A stretch of DNA of 64,000 nucleotides from Microgenomates group bacterium Gr01-1014_5 (GTDB taxonomy: Bacteria; Patescibacteriota; Microgenomatia; UBA8517; UBA10165). The position numbers and the translations under genes were made by a program. The notes beneath the pieces were generated by a model that did no database searches, was not told the DNA's origin, and was given only the letters and a program-made list of their open reading frames with translations. Numbering within the stretch: the stretch's first letter is position 1; the number at the start of each line of letters is the position of its first letter. Where the stretch lies: the NCBI GenBank assembly GCA_007376395.1, contig VMGE01000004.1:6431-70430 (forward strand). Reading direction: 5' to 3'. Positions 56,523 through 64,000 of this stretch are shown in pieces.

Positions 56523-57221
56523 TTAAATTCCTTTTGTCGCTTCGACAATCTTATCCAAACTTCCGTCGACAACTGCTTCTAAATTGCCGAATGATTTTCC
56601 CAGTCTGTGGTCTGTTACCCTGTCTTGAGGAAAATTATAGGTACGGATTTTTTCCGCACGGTCTCCTGAGCCGATTGCTGATCTAAAATCCTTAACTTGA
56701 GCATTTCTTTCTTCCTCCCGGCGCTGATAAAGTTTTGCGCGCAAAAGTTCGAGGGCAATTTGGCGGTTTGCTTCCTGAAAACGTTCTGTTTGCGAGGTAA
56801 CAATTACTCCAGATGGCTTGTGGGTAAGCCTGACAGCGGTAGAGACCTTGTTAACGTTTTGTCCCCCTGAGCCGCCTGAGCGGTAAAACTGCCACTCTAA
56901 ATCTCCGGGGTTGATTTGTAATTGCGATTGAGAAATCTGCGGAACGACGGCTATGGTCGCGGTTGAGGTGTGGACGCGTCCTCTTTTTTCCGTTTGAGGG
57001 ATTCTTTGTACCCTGTGTACTCCGCCTTCGTGTTTTAGGGCTTCAAAACATCCCTGACCGCTGATCATCAAAGTTCCCTCATCAACTTGGGTTGTTTTCC
57101 AGTTTTTCTTAACCGCGAACCTGGCATACATGCGCAAAAGGTCAGAAGCCCAAATTTTAGCTTCGTCGCCGCCAGCCGCACCGCGGACTTCTAAGTATAA
57201 AGTTGAGTTTTGACTATCCAT
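56523..57221 (-). CDS. prfA: class-I peptide chain release factor lacking N-terminal domain 1 (RF1-type PxT motif)
   Basis: Begins at LEVRGAAGGDEA, which aligns to about residue 110 of E. coli RF1. Tripeptide motif PQT (RF1 P-x-T). GGQ motif in RSGGSGGQNVNKV. C-terminal RTYNFPQDRVTDHR. Only 51 nt separate it from upstream rpmE. Confidence 0.7.
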   Translation of the reverse strand: MDSQNSTLYLEVRGAAGGDEAKIWASDLLRMYARFAVKKNWKTTQVDEGTLMISGQGCFEALKHEGGVHRVQRIPQTEKRGRVHTSTATIAVVPQISQSQLQINPGDLEWQFYRSGGSGGQNVNKVSTAVRLTHKPSGVIVTSQTERFQEANRQIALELLRAKLYQRREEERNAQVKDFRSAIGSGDRAEKIRTYNFPQDRVTDHRLGKSFGNLEAVVDGSLDKIVEATKGI

Positions 57222-57272
57222 ATGGTGGGGTAGGTAATGGGTTGTGGGTAGTTGGGTGAGCCCAACAACTAA

Positions 57273-57599
57273 CTACTTACTCCCCACTACCGTTTTACGT
57301 ACTTCTTCTAGCGAGGTTGGCCGTGACATTTCTTCCTCGACCTTTTCTTTTCGTTTTGCCGCCCTGCGCTCTTTTTTGGAAAGACCTTCTAATTTATATG
57401 CATTCTCTTGTTTTGCTTTAAATTTATCTACTCGTCCTGCTGTATCTACAAAACGCATTTGCCCTGTGTAGAAAGGGTGACAGGCAGAACAAACCTCGAC
57501 ATGAATATTTTCCATGGTCGAGCCTGTGATAAAGGTGTTGCCGCAGGTGCAAACGACTTTTGCCGCGGGAAACCACGCTGGATGAATTTGTGCTTTCAT
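57273..57599 (-). CDS. rpmE: 50S ribosomal protein L31 with Lys/Glu-rich C-terminal extension
   Basis: [10 protein letters not shown]...[30 protein letters not shown]...[10 protein letters not shown]. Confidence 0.85.
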   Translation of the reverse strand: MKAQIHPAWFPAAKVVCTCGNTFITGSTMENIHVEVCSACHPFYTGQMRFVDTAGRVDKFKAKQENAYKLEGLSKKERRAAKRKEKVEEEMSRPTSLEEVRKTVVGSK

Positions 57600-57640
57600 A
57601 ATTAGAAACTGGAGACTAGATACTAGAGGCTAGGTCCAGT
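57600..57640 (+). repeat. AGACTAG-type heptamers (AAACTGG AGACTAG ATACTAG AGGCTAG) abutting the rpmE start on the opposite strand
   Basis: Read directly. Same unit family as 17275-17341. Confidence 0.7.
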
Positions 57641-57704
57641 AATTTATTATACCCTAAATTTAGTTTAGCTTCAAGACCGTTATTTAATGTCTAGCCTCAA
57701 AACT

Positions 57705-58673
57705 CTACTTATGGTGTGCAAGGTGGTGTCCGTCTAGGCTCGGTCTAGCCGAGACTGATCCGCGTACTCTATGGGGAGAGTTAAGTAAACCTTTTTTGTA
57801 TTCGGCGATGATTATTCCCACCAAAATCAACAGAGAACTGGCAAGCAGGGTAAAATCAAATTTCTCTCCCAGCCAGATAATAGCCAAGGGAATAGACCAA
57901 ACTGCCGCCAAGTATCCAAAAGGATCTGCCTGAGAAGCATTAATTTTAGATACAGCAACTTCGTAAGCTGTGTAGGCAATAAGCGAGGAAAAAACAGCCA
58001 TGTAAATAATCGGAAGAATAACGGGTTTTGGAATCGAGTATAGGGAAAAACTTATATTTTGAGTAAAAAGGGTGATAAGAAAAAAACTAAGCAAACCCAC
58101 GAAGAAAGAGAAGGAAACAATATGAAAAGGTTTGAGGTCCGGATGTTCCCATTTTTTAGACAACAAGACAAATCCCACCCAGGCGAATCCTCCCAAGACT
58201 AACAATAAGTTACCCGAGAAGTTCGAAAACGCTCTTCCTTGTAAAAGAGGCTGGAAAATTGTAAGCGTACTACCCAAAAGTGCTAATCCTAATCCGAGCC
58301 GCATTCTCCGGCTTATTTTTTCGTGCAGAAAAAAGCTTGAGAAGACAACTACAAGCAGGGGAGTTAGACTCCCAATCAGGGTTGCTTCGATTACAGTCGT
58401 TTTAGAAAGTCCGATGAGCAGAAAACTTAAGTTAATCGTGGTGCATAATAAACCAAGAACAAATAGCTTCACATAGTCATGAGTTTTAAGAGGATGTTTT
58501 TTAAAATACCAAAACATTATTGGAAGGGTAACAATACAGGCTAGAAGAAAGCGCCAAAAAAGGAATTCAAAGGGAGAAATGTAGGCAAAGGAATATTTAA
58601 GGATTGGTCCGGCAAATCCCCAAATAATGGAGGTGATAAGTAATAAAAGATATGCAAAAAGACGAGTATTCAT
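57705..58673 (-). CDS. EamA/DMT-superfamily transporter
   Basis: 10 TM helices with two EamA-like halves. Confidence 0.7.
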   Translation of the reverse strand: MNTRLFAYLLLLITSIIWGFAGPILKYSFAYISPFEFLFWRFLLACIVTLPIMFWYFKKHPLKTHDYVKLFVLGLLCTTINLSFLLIGLSKTTVIEATLIGSLTPLLVVVFSSFFLHEKISRRMRLGLGLALLGSTLTIFQPLLQGRAFSNFSGNLLLVLGGFAWVGFVLLSKKWEHPDLKPFHIVSFSFFVGLLSFFLITLFTQNISFSLYSIPKPVILPIIYMAVFSSLIAYTAYEVAVSKINASQADPFGYLAAVWSIPLAIIWLGEKFDFTLLASSLLILVGIIIAEYKKGLLNSPHRVRGSVSARPSLDGHHLAHHK

Positions 58674-58711
58674 AGGGCAGATGTATGATATATCAATATA
58701 TCATACAAAAA

Positions 58712-59950
58712 TTAGAACGAGAGTTTCCTAACCAGCTCATCAATTTTAACTGTTTCTTGTTTGCCTGTTTGCATGTTTTTTAACTGTATAACACCTTGTT
58801 CGTTTTCTTCTGGACCGATGATTAAAACGAACGGGATGCTCTTTAGATCTGCGTATTTTAGTTGTTTTTCCATTTTTTCATTATCCGAGGGATAGACTTC
58901 TGTGTTTACACCCTTTTCTCTTAATCCACTCGCAATTTTAAGCGCTTCTTGAGCTAAGTTTTGGTTGAAAATTGTAACAAGAACTTTGGAAGCAGTTTTG
59001 GGAAGATTGGGCCAAAGATTTAATTCTTCAATAACATCACAAACCCGATCCAGGCCTATTGTGGTTCCTGTTGCCGGTAAATCCGGACCCCCAAGAGTTT
59101 TGAGTAGTCCGTCGTATCGGCCGCCGCCTGTCAGCGAGCCGATTTTGGGCTCTTCTACAACCGACTCAAAAATAGGTCCGGTGTAATAATCTAAACCGCG
59201 TGCCAGGGTCGGGTCAAAAACTAATGTATTTTGAATGCCCAAACTTCTTGCATATGCAAGAGTTGTGGTCAGAAAGTCATCGGGCTTTGCTTTAGAAATT
59301 GCCTCAAAAACGCTTTTAATTTGTTCTTTTGTTATGCCTTTGGTGTCTAGTTCAGCTTCAACTTCCACGCGGGTTTTTTTGTCCAACTTATCTATTGATC
59401 GGATAACTGTCAACCACCTAGGCTGTTCAACTCCTGCTTTTTCCATAATTGAAAAAAGAACTTGCCGGCTGTTAACTCTTATCTTGTAATTTGTGAATCC
59501 TAGAGCCGATAAGCAATCGTTTACAACAGCAATAATTTCGGCGTCAGCCATGGGAGAGGAAGAGCCTGCAATGTCGACGTCGCACTGATAGAACTCGCGG
59601 TAACGGCCTTTTTGTGTGTTTTCGGCGCGGTATGCAGGTTGGATTTGGTAGCGCTTAAATGGTTTTGGCAGGGCGGGATTATTGGCAATTGCCCGGGCAA
59701 AAGGGACTGTTAAGTCGTAGCGCAAGCCCACTTCCCGGTCGCCGGGATCACGGAAGAGATACATTAACTTTTCTGCCTCCTCGCCGTATTTTCCTGTTAA
59801 GACTTCGGCATATTCAAGAGCCGGAGTTTGCAGCTCGTCAAAACCGTATTTTTCAAAAACAGCACGCAAACGTCTAATGGCTTCATTTCTGATCACCATT
59901 TTCCCGGGTAAGAAGTCCCTAAATCCTTTAAGTGTTTGCAGTTTATCCAT
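58712..59950 (-). CDS. hisS: histidyl-tRNA synthetase
   Basis: GFRDFLP. Motif 2 region YRYDLTVPFAR. C-terminal anticodon-binding domain. Confidence 0.9.
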   Translation of the reverse strand: MDKLQTLKGFRDFLPGKMVIRNEAIRRLRAVFEKYGFDELQTPALEYAEVLTGKYGEEAEKLMYLFRDPGDREVGLRYDLTVPFARAIANNPALPKPFKRYQIQPAYRAENTQKGRYREFYQCDVDIAGSSSPMADAEIIAVVNDCLSALGFTNYKIRVNSRQVLFSIMEKAGVEQPRWLTVIRSIDKLDKKTRVEVEAELDTKGITKEQIKSVFEAISKAKPDDFLTTTLAYARSLGIQNTLVFDPTLARGLDYYTGPIFESVVEEPKIGSLTGGGRYDGLLKTLGGPDLPATGTTIGLDRVCDVIEELNLWPNLPKTASKVLVTIFNQNLAQEALKIASGLREKGVNTEVYPSDNEKMEKQLKYADLKSIPFVLIIGPEENEQGVIQLKNMQTGKQETVKIDELVRKLSF

Positions 59951-60099
59951 GTGATATTCCTTACTTTAGCATTTTTAACAATAAAAAAACCAGCTGTTGG
60001 CTGGTTTTAGGATACGAAATCTCAGCCAACTCTTACGCTGGTTGAAAATGATGAGCTTGTGACAAAATTCTTAACACTGTATAGTAATTATACCATTTT
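59951..60099 (-). promoter_or_regulatory. hisS leader: extended -10 promoter plus antiterminator/terminator attenuator
   Basis: On the minus strand, TGGTATAAT (extended -10). GTTGGCTG can pair with CAGCCAAC, the 5' arm of the terminator AAAACCAGCcaacaGCTGGTTTTTTT. Confidence 0.45.
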
Positions 60100-60804
60100 A
60101 TGGTTAAATACGCAATTATTTTGGCAGGAGGCAAGGGAGAGCGTTTAAGGCCCCATACTGATGACAAGCCTAAACCGATGATTCCCTTAGCAGGCAGACC
60201 AGCAGTTGAAAACCAAGTACTTCAATTAATAAAAGCGGGTGTTAAAGAGATCGTTTTTGCCGTTTCTTACAAGAGAGAGGTGTTGATGAAACACTTTGGC
60301 GACGGTTCGCGCTGGGGGATTAAAATTAGTTATTCGGAAGAAAATGAACCTTTGGGGCGGGGTGGGGGAATTAAAAAAGCAATGAGTTTTCTGCCTGAAA
60401 CTTGGGATAATGTATATGCTACAAATGGCGACAATCTCTGGCGGGTGGATTTCGAAAAGTTTCAGGAAGTACACTGCAAAAACAAAGCAATAGTTACCAT
60501 GATGGTGACCAAGCTAAAAAGCCCTTATGGGATTGTGCATATTGACGATTTGGACCGGATCGAAGGGTTTGTTGAAAAGCCGCTTCTTCCTCACTGGCTT
60601 AACGCCGGAGTATATTTATTTAATCGCGAAATTTACGATCTTCTGCCCGATAAAGGAGACATGGAAGACAGTACTTTTCCCGAGCTTCCAAAAGAAAAAT
60701 TCCTAGCTTTCAAGTCAGAAGGGTATTGGAAAGGCTTTGATACGATAAAAGACCTAAACGAGGCTGAGACGGAAGCTTCCGAAATCTTTGCCGACCTTGT
60801 TTGA
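60100..60804 (+). CDS. sugar-phosphate nucleotidyltransferase
   Basis: AIILAGGKGERLRPHTDDKPKPM N-terminal NTP-transferase signature. Confidence 0.8.
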   Translation: MVKYAIILAGGKGERLRPHTDDKPKPMIPLAGRPAVENQVLQLIKAGVKEIVFAVSYKREVLMKHFGDGSRWGIKISYSEENEPLGRGGGIKKAMSFLPETWDNVYATNGDNLWRVDFEKFQEVHCKNKAIVTMMVTKLKSPYGIVHIDDLDRIEGFVEKPLLPHWLNAGVYLFNREIYDLLPDKGDMEDSTFPELPKEKFLAFKSEGYWKGFDTIKDLNEAETEASEIFADLV

Positions 60805-60809
60805 ATTTT

Positions 60810-60870
60810 AGCTTCGTAAGGTCTCTCCCCTTCGAGGCTCAGGGTCTACGACTTGCGAAGCTAGTTTTTG
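60810..60870 (+). terminator. composite palindromic element: the AGCTTCGyAAGG...CTTGCGAAGCT hairpin interrupted by CCCTTCGAGGCTCAGGG, followed by a T-run
   Basis: Read directly. Combines both GC-rich element families. Confidence 0.6.
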
Positions 60871-60910
60871 TGTTAAATCGAAAAAGCTAATAGCTATAAT
60901 AAACGCAACT

Positions 60911-61606
60911 ATGAGTTGGCATGAGCAAGAACCACAGTATCAAGAAGCCCCAGTATGTCTTCCTCATCACGATTTTTTCGAGTTTGACCCTAAAAATTGG
61001 ATGTTTATTGTTCGCAGCGCGACTTCAGGATTGCGTTTTGAAGCGTCTCCCGCAAGCGATCTCGTTCAGGATATTTGGGATTTAAAAGTCACGCAAACTA
61101 CACAAAAAGAGATTGAGAGCAATAATCCCATAACCCCAGAGCCGTTACTAATTATGCCCTTAACTGGAACTTTAATTATTTCTCAGTCTTTGAGGAAGTG
61201 GCTTAAAGATTCCGACCAAGAGCGAGTAGCTGAGGTATTTGAAAGTACGAGAAAAGTAATCGAGGCTGTTTGTTGTGAACTTATGAAAAGGCAGGGCATT
61301 TCTTTCTCAAGAAGGACTGCAGCTAGATTTATAAAAAACGATGGTACAAAAAAATATTCTGGAGGGACTTTTATTTTAAATACAGTTGGCAGTTGTGCAT
61401 GCTTAGGACCAAATCCATACCCGACTTTTATGGCTTATAGGGACTCTCCCGTATCTGTTTACGACGATTTGTCTTTGCCGGTTGAAATGGTATTGCACAA
61501 CGCAGACTATCCTTATCAGAGTTTGAGTTTATATGCAGGCGCGGGAACAATAGCTCATTTCGCCAGGGAAGATATGATTAAGGCTGGGATGTTGGAGACG
61601 GCTTAG
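60911..61606 (+). CDS. hypothetical protein
   Basis: ORF only. Confidence 0.4.
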   Translation: MSWHEQEPQYQEAPVCLPHHDFFEFDPKNWMFIVRSATSGLRFEASPASDLVQDIWDLKVTQTTQKEIESNNPITPEPLLIMPLTGTLIISQSLRKWLKDSDQERVAEVFESTRKVIEAVCCELMKRQGISFSRRTAARFIKNDGTKKYSGGTFILNTVGSCACLGPNPYPTFMAYRDSPVSVYDDLSLPVEMVLHNADYPYQSLSLYAGAGTIAHFAREDMIKAGMLETA

Positions 61607-62351
61607 GTGAAGGTTTGGCTGAGGCTTTTGGGCTTGGAGAAGGGCTTACGGTTGGGCGTGGCGTACCTTTAGAACCGGGAATTACTTGGACTAAAGTAGC
61701 AACAAGCGTTTTGTCTTTCTTTGCGTTCAGTGTTCCAACGGCTACAATTCTATCTCCTTCTTCAATCTCTTTAGCCTCAATTTTTCCGTCCAGCCTTTTA
61801 ACAATTTCAGTTTTAACTGACGTTTCAACTGTCCAGACCTCTGCCGTTTTAAGATGCTTAATGGTCAAAACACCTTTTTTATTTGTCTCAACCTTGCCGT
61901 AGACTACTTGCTTTTGCAAGAAAGGGGTTTCGTCAAAAGCTAAAACACGTTGGGCGCCTAAAATATCGTCTCCGTTTTTATATCCCAAGGCGGCAATAAA
62001 ATCACCGATAGCCAAGTCAACAAACTTAACTTCCGCCTGTTTACCTTTTATGGTTTTAATGTATTTAGTATCTTTGTTTGTGGCAACCAAGACGAACTTT
62101 CCATCATCGGTTTTTATAGCGGAGCTGGTTTTTATCTTTAGTGTTGAGTCTGTAACACTATCCAGAGTGCCGATTACAGCTTTTGGTTTTTTAATCAGAT
62201 TTTCTATAGTTTTGCGGACTTTGTCGCGTACCGCATCAGTTCCAGAAGGGGAAGACTCGTCTTGGGCAGAAACGGTTGGAATTAGGAATAAAGAAGCAAG
62301 AATTAAGGAAAAAGACACGAGCGAAACCTTAATTCGTAATTCGTAATTCAT
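61578..62351 (-). CDS. secreted hypothetical protein with C-terminal Pro/Ser/Lys-rich tail
   Basis: Signal peptide. C-terminal TPRPTVSPSPSPKASAKPSPKPSP. Confidence 0.4.
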   Translation of the reverse strand: MNYELRIKVSLVSFSLILASLFLIPTVSAQDESSPSGTDAVRDKVRKTIENLIKKPKAVIGTLDSVTDSTLKIKTSSAIKTDDGKFVLVATNKDTKYIKTIKGKQAEVKFVDLAIGDFIAALGYKNGDDILGAQRVLAFDETPFLQKQVVYGKVETNKKGVLTIKHLKTAEVWTVETSVKTEIVKRLDGKIEAKEIEEGDRIVAVGTLNAKKDKTLVATLVQVIPGSKGTPRPTVSPSPSPKASAKPSPKPSPTSQP

Positions 62352-62779
62352 TATTCTGTTTCTCCCAATTCTGTTGTATAAACTACCACCAGTCTTTTTT
62401 GAGACTCGCTGCCGGAATCGTCAAAGCTAATAACTTTAATTTCATTCAGACCTACTTTAAGCTCAATTTCCTTTTCAAAACTTCCGTCTGCATCTGCCTC
62501 TAGGATGTACTCATCTATCCCTGTGGTAACAACGACCGTTGCCCGAGGGGTAGCAGCGCCTTTTATGAGTGTTGTGTCTTTTGTAACGACTAAATTATTT
62601 TCAGGTTGGGTAATTACGAGTTCGGAAAAATTATCAGGTTCCGGAGAAGCAAGCGGCGCCTCAGTTTGCAGAGCTCCAAGTTTCGGAGCAAGGGCTAAAT
62701 TTGCACGCCAAATCCCAAAGGCAACAGCAAGCCCTAACCCGACCCCAAGGATTATTGCAACAAGAACTTCCTTGCGCAT
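62351..62779 (-). CDS. membrane-anchored hypothetical protein
   Basis: N-terminal TM helix. Abuts the downstream gene, so a likely operon. Confidence 0.4.
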   Translation of the reverse strand: MRKEVLVAIILGVGLGLAVAFGIWRANLALAPKLGALQTEAPLASPEPDNFSELVITQPENNLVVTKDTTLIKGAATPRATVVVTTGIDEYILEADADGSFEKEIELKVGLNEIKVISFDDSGSESQKRLVVVYTTELGETE

Positions 62780-62847
62780 TCTTGTGCAATATAACTTATG
62801 ACTGATATCTTGTCAACCAAGTTGGCAAGTGATATATTGCAAATTAC

Positions 62848-63516
62848 ATGGAAATTCAATATCTCGGTCATTCCTCATTCCGCATAAAAGGTAAAACAGT
62901 AACCATTGTTACTGATCCTTACGATTCCGAAAAAGTAGGTTTTAAGTTTCCCAAACTTGAGGCAACAATTGTCACTATCTCACACGACCACTTTGATCAT
63001 AACCAAGCGCAATTGGTCGACCCTTCGGCAGGCTCAGGGCAAGCTCCGAAAGTTGTTTCAGGCCCGGGAGAGTATGAAATTGCCGGTGTTTCCATCTTTG
63101 GCACACATACTTATCACGACAACAAGAATGGGGAAGAAAGAGGTTCAAATACGGTCTATACAATAACTATTGACGGGGTTAACATTTGCCACTTGGGCGA
63201 TTTAGGACACAAGTTATCAGACGAACAGCTTGATTCGATAGGGAACGTTGACGTGTTGCTTGTTCCGGTTGGCGGGGTTGATACTATTGATCCATCAGAA
63301 GCAAGTCAGGTGATATCACAAATTGAACCAAAAATAATTATCCCCATGCACTACAAAGTACCAGGGTTGGCGATTTCTAAAAGAGATGATATGTCAGACG
63401 TCGAGGCATTTGTTAAGGAGATTGGCATAGAGCCAGTCAGAGACAATAAATTCGTAATTACTCCCGACAAAATGCTGGAAGAAGTACAGCTTGTCGTCTT
63501 GGAAAGACGATCTTAA
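62848..63516 (+). CDS. MBL-fold metal-dependent hydrolase (UPF0173-like) carrying an in-frame GC-rich element
   Basis: SHDHFDH metal motif. Segment 63005-63050 is homologous to the intergenic GC-rich element at 9327. Confidence 0.7.
   Translation: MEIQYLGHSSFRIKGKTVTIVTDPYDSEKVGFKFPKLEATIVTISHDHFDHNQAQLVDPSAGSGQAPKVVSGPGEYEIAGVSIFGTHTYHDNKNGEERGSNTVYTITIDGVNICHLGDLGHKLSDEQLDSIGNVDVLLVPVGGVDTIDPSEASQVISQIEPKIIIPMHYKVPGLAISKRDDMSDVEAFVKEIGIEPVRDNKFVITPDKMLEEVQLVVLERRS
63005..63050 (+). repeat. GC-rich element GTCGACCCTTCGGCAGGCTCAGGGCAAGCTCCG inside the MBL hydrolase ORF (in frame, encodes VDPSAGSGQAPK)
   Basis: About 24/31 identity to GTTGACCCTTCGACTTCGCTCAGGGCTTGAC at 9327-9357. Confidence 0.6.
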
Positions 63517-63593
63517 ATTTCTAATTTCTAATTACTCTAATTTCTAAAATTTAGGTCAATTAAAATAATTAGGTTAATTAGGTCAATTTGCAT
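63517..63593 (+). repeat. CTAATTT heptamer repeats plus AATTAGGTCAATTA motifs abutting the dnaB ATG
   Basis: CTAATTT CTAATTT CTAATTA CTCTAATTTCTAAAATTTAGGTCAATTAAAATAATTAGGTTAATTAGGTCAATTT. Confidence 0.7.
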
Positions 63594-64000
63594 ATGGCAA
63601 ATATCCAAGTTAAAATTCCTCCTCACTCGTTTGACGCAGAAGCCTCAATTTTAGGCGCTCTTCTTTTGGATAAAAACGCAATAGTAAACGTGGCCGAGTT
63701 TTTACAGGCTGACCATTTTTACGACAACAGACACTCATTTATTTTTGAAGCGATGATTGAGCTTTATGAAGCCAGAGAGCCAATCGATGTTTTGACTGTT
63801 TCTGATAAATTAAAGAAAAAGAAAAAACTGGTTGAAGTAGGCGGAGTGACTTATTTAGCAGATCTGGTCAATAAAGTTCCGACGTCGGCACACGTTGAAC
63901 ATTACGGGAAGATTGTCAAAGATTCGGCGATTAAACGCTCTTTAATGCGGTCTGCCGCGAGGCTTGTTGAGCTTTCCATGGACGAGGGAACAGCGACAGA
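63594..64000 (+). CDS. dnaB: replicative DNA helicase DnaB (N-terminal part; continues beyond the window)
   Basis: FDAEASILGALLLDKNAI...HFYDNRHSFIFEAMIELYEAREPIDVLTVSDKL is the DnaB N-terminal domain. Confidence 0.8.
   Translation, partial: MANIQVKIPPHSFDAEASILGALLLDKNAIVNVAEFLQADHFYDNRHSFIFEAMIELYEAREPIDVLTVSDKLKKKKKLVEVGGVTYLADLVNKVPTSAHVEHYGKIVKDSAIKRSLMRSAARLVELSMDEGTAT

Noticed and set aside
1-64000. Alternative genetic code (UGA recoding as in Gracilibacteria/SR1)
   Set aside because: Conserved genes terminate with TGA, TAG and TAA at the positions expected from homolog lengths (for example the metzincin ends with TGA, ychF and ssb with TAG, rpsB with TAA). No in-frame TGA interrupts the conserved domains examined.

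Overview
This 64-kb window is an AT-rich (about 40% GC) bacterial chromosomal segment that uses the standard genetic code. TAA, TAG and TGA all terminate conserved genes, so a recoded UGA is excluded. Almost no gene has a Shine-Dalgarno sequence, and many genes are short-form. That is compatible with a small-genome CPR/Patescibacteria-like lineage, but this is an inference. I found no rRNA or tRNA genes and no CRISPR array.

Conserved housekeeping blocks:
- rpsB-tsf-[pyrH absent]-frr-rseP.
- A T-box leader followed by a CsaA-like tRNA-binding gene and proS.
- YvcK-like, purB, purC and a HIT-family protein.
- yqeY-ybeY-dnaX-(degenerate ybaB)-recR.
- cysS.
- purN-like and purD, then purK further on and purM further still.
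- ychF.
- rpsF-ssb-rpsR.
- ctpA-htrA.
- A domain-1-less release factor next to rpmE.
- hisS, then the 5' end of dnaB.

Accessory or unusual material is interleaved with these blocks:
1. An insertion hotspot at the 5' end of ychF. Three copies of the ychF start flank two cargo segments carrying a methyltransferase remnant, an HNH nuclease, a Fic protein and a 224-aa unknown protein.
2. A second Fic gene flanked by 15-bp direct repeats.
3. A 618-aa unknown gene flanked by two near-identical 21-bp hairpins.
4. An AbrB/Doc toxin-antitoxin pair with an operator overlapping its promoter.
5. A family of GC-rich palindromic mini-elements. Two copies appear to sit in-frame inside protein-coding genes, as Rickettsia palindromic elements do.
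6. Tandem heptanucleotide repeats rich in stop codons (CTAGAGA/CTGGAGA, NTTAGAN, CAGTNNN) that make up the leaders immediately upstream of about ten start codons.
7. A Cys-rich internally duplicated protein plus a zinc-ribbon protein, in an operon beside an orphan T4SS coupling-protein-like ATPase.
8. Apparent frameshifts in ybaB and in the CsaA-like gene.
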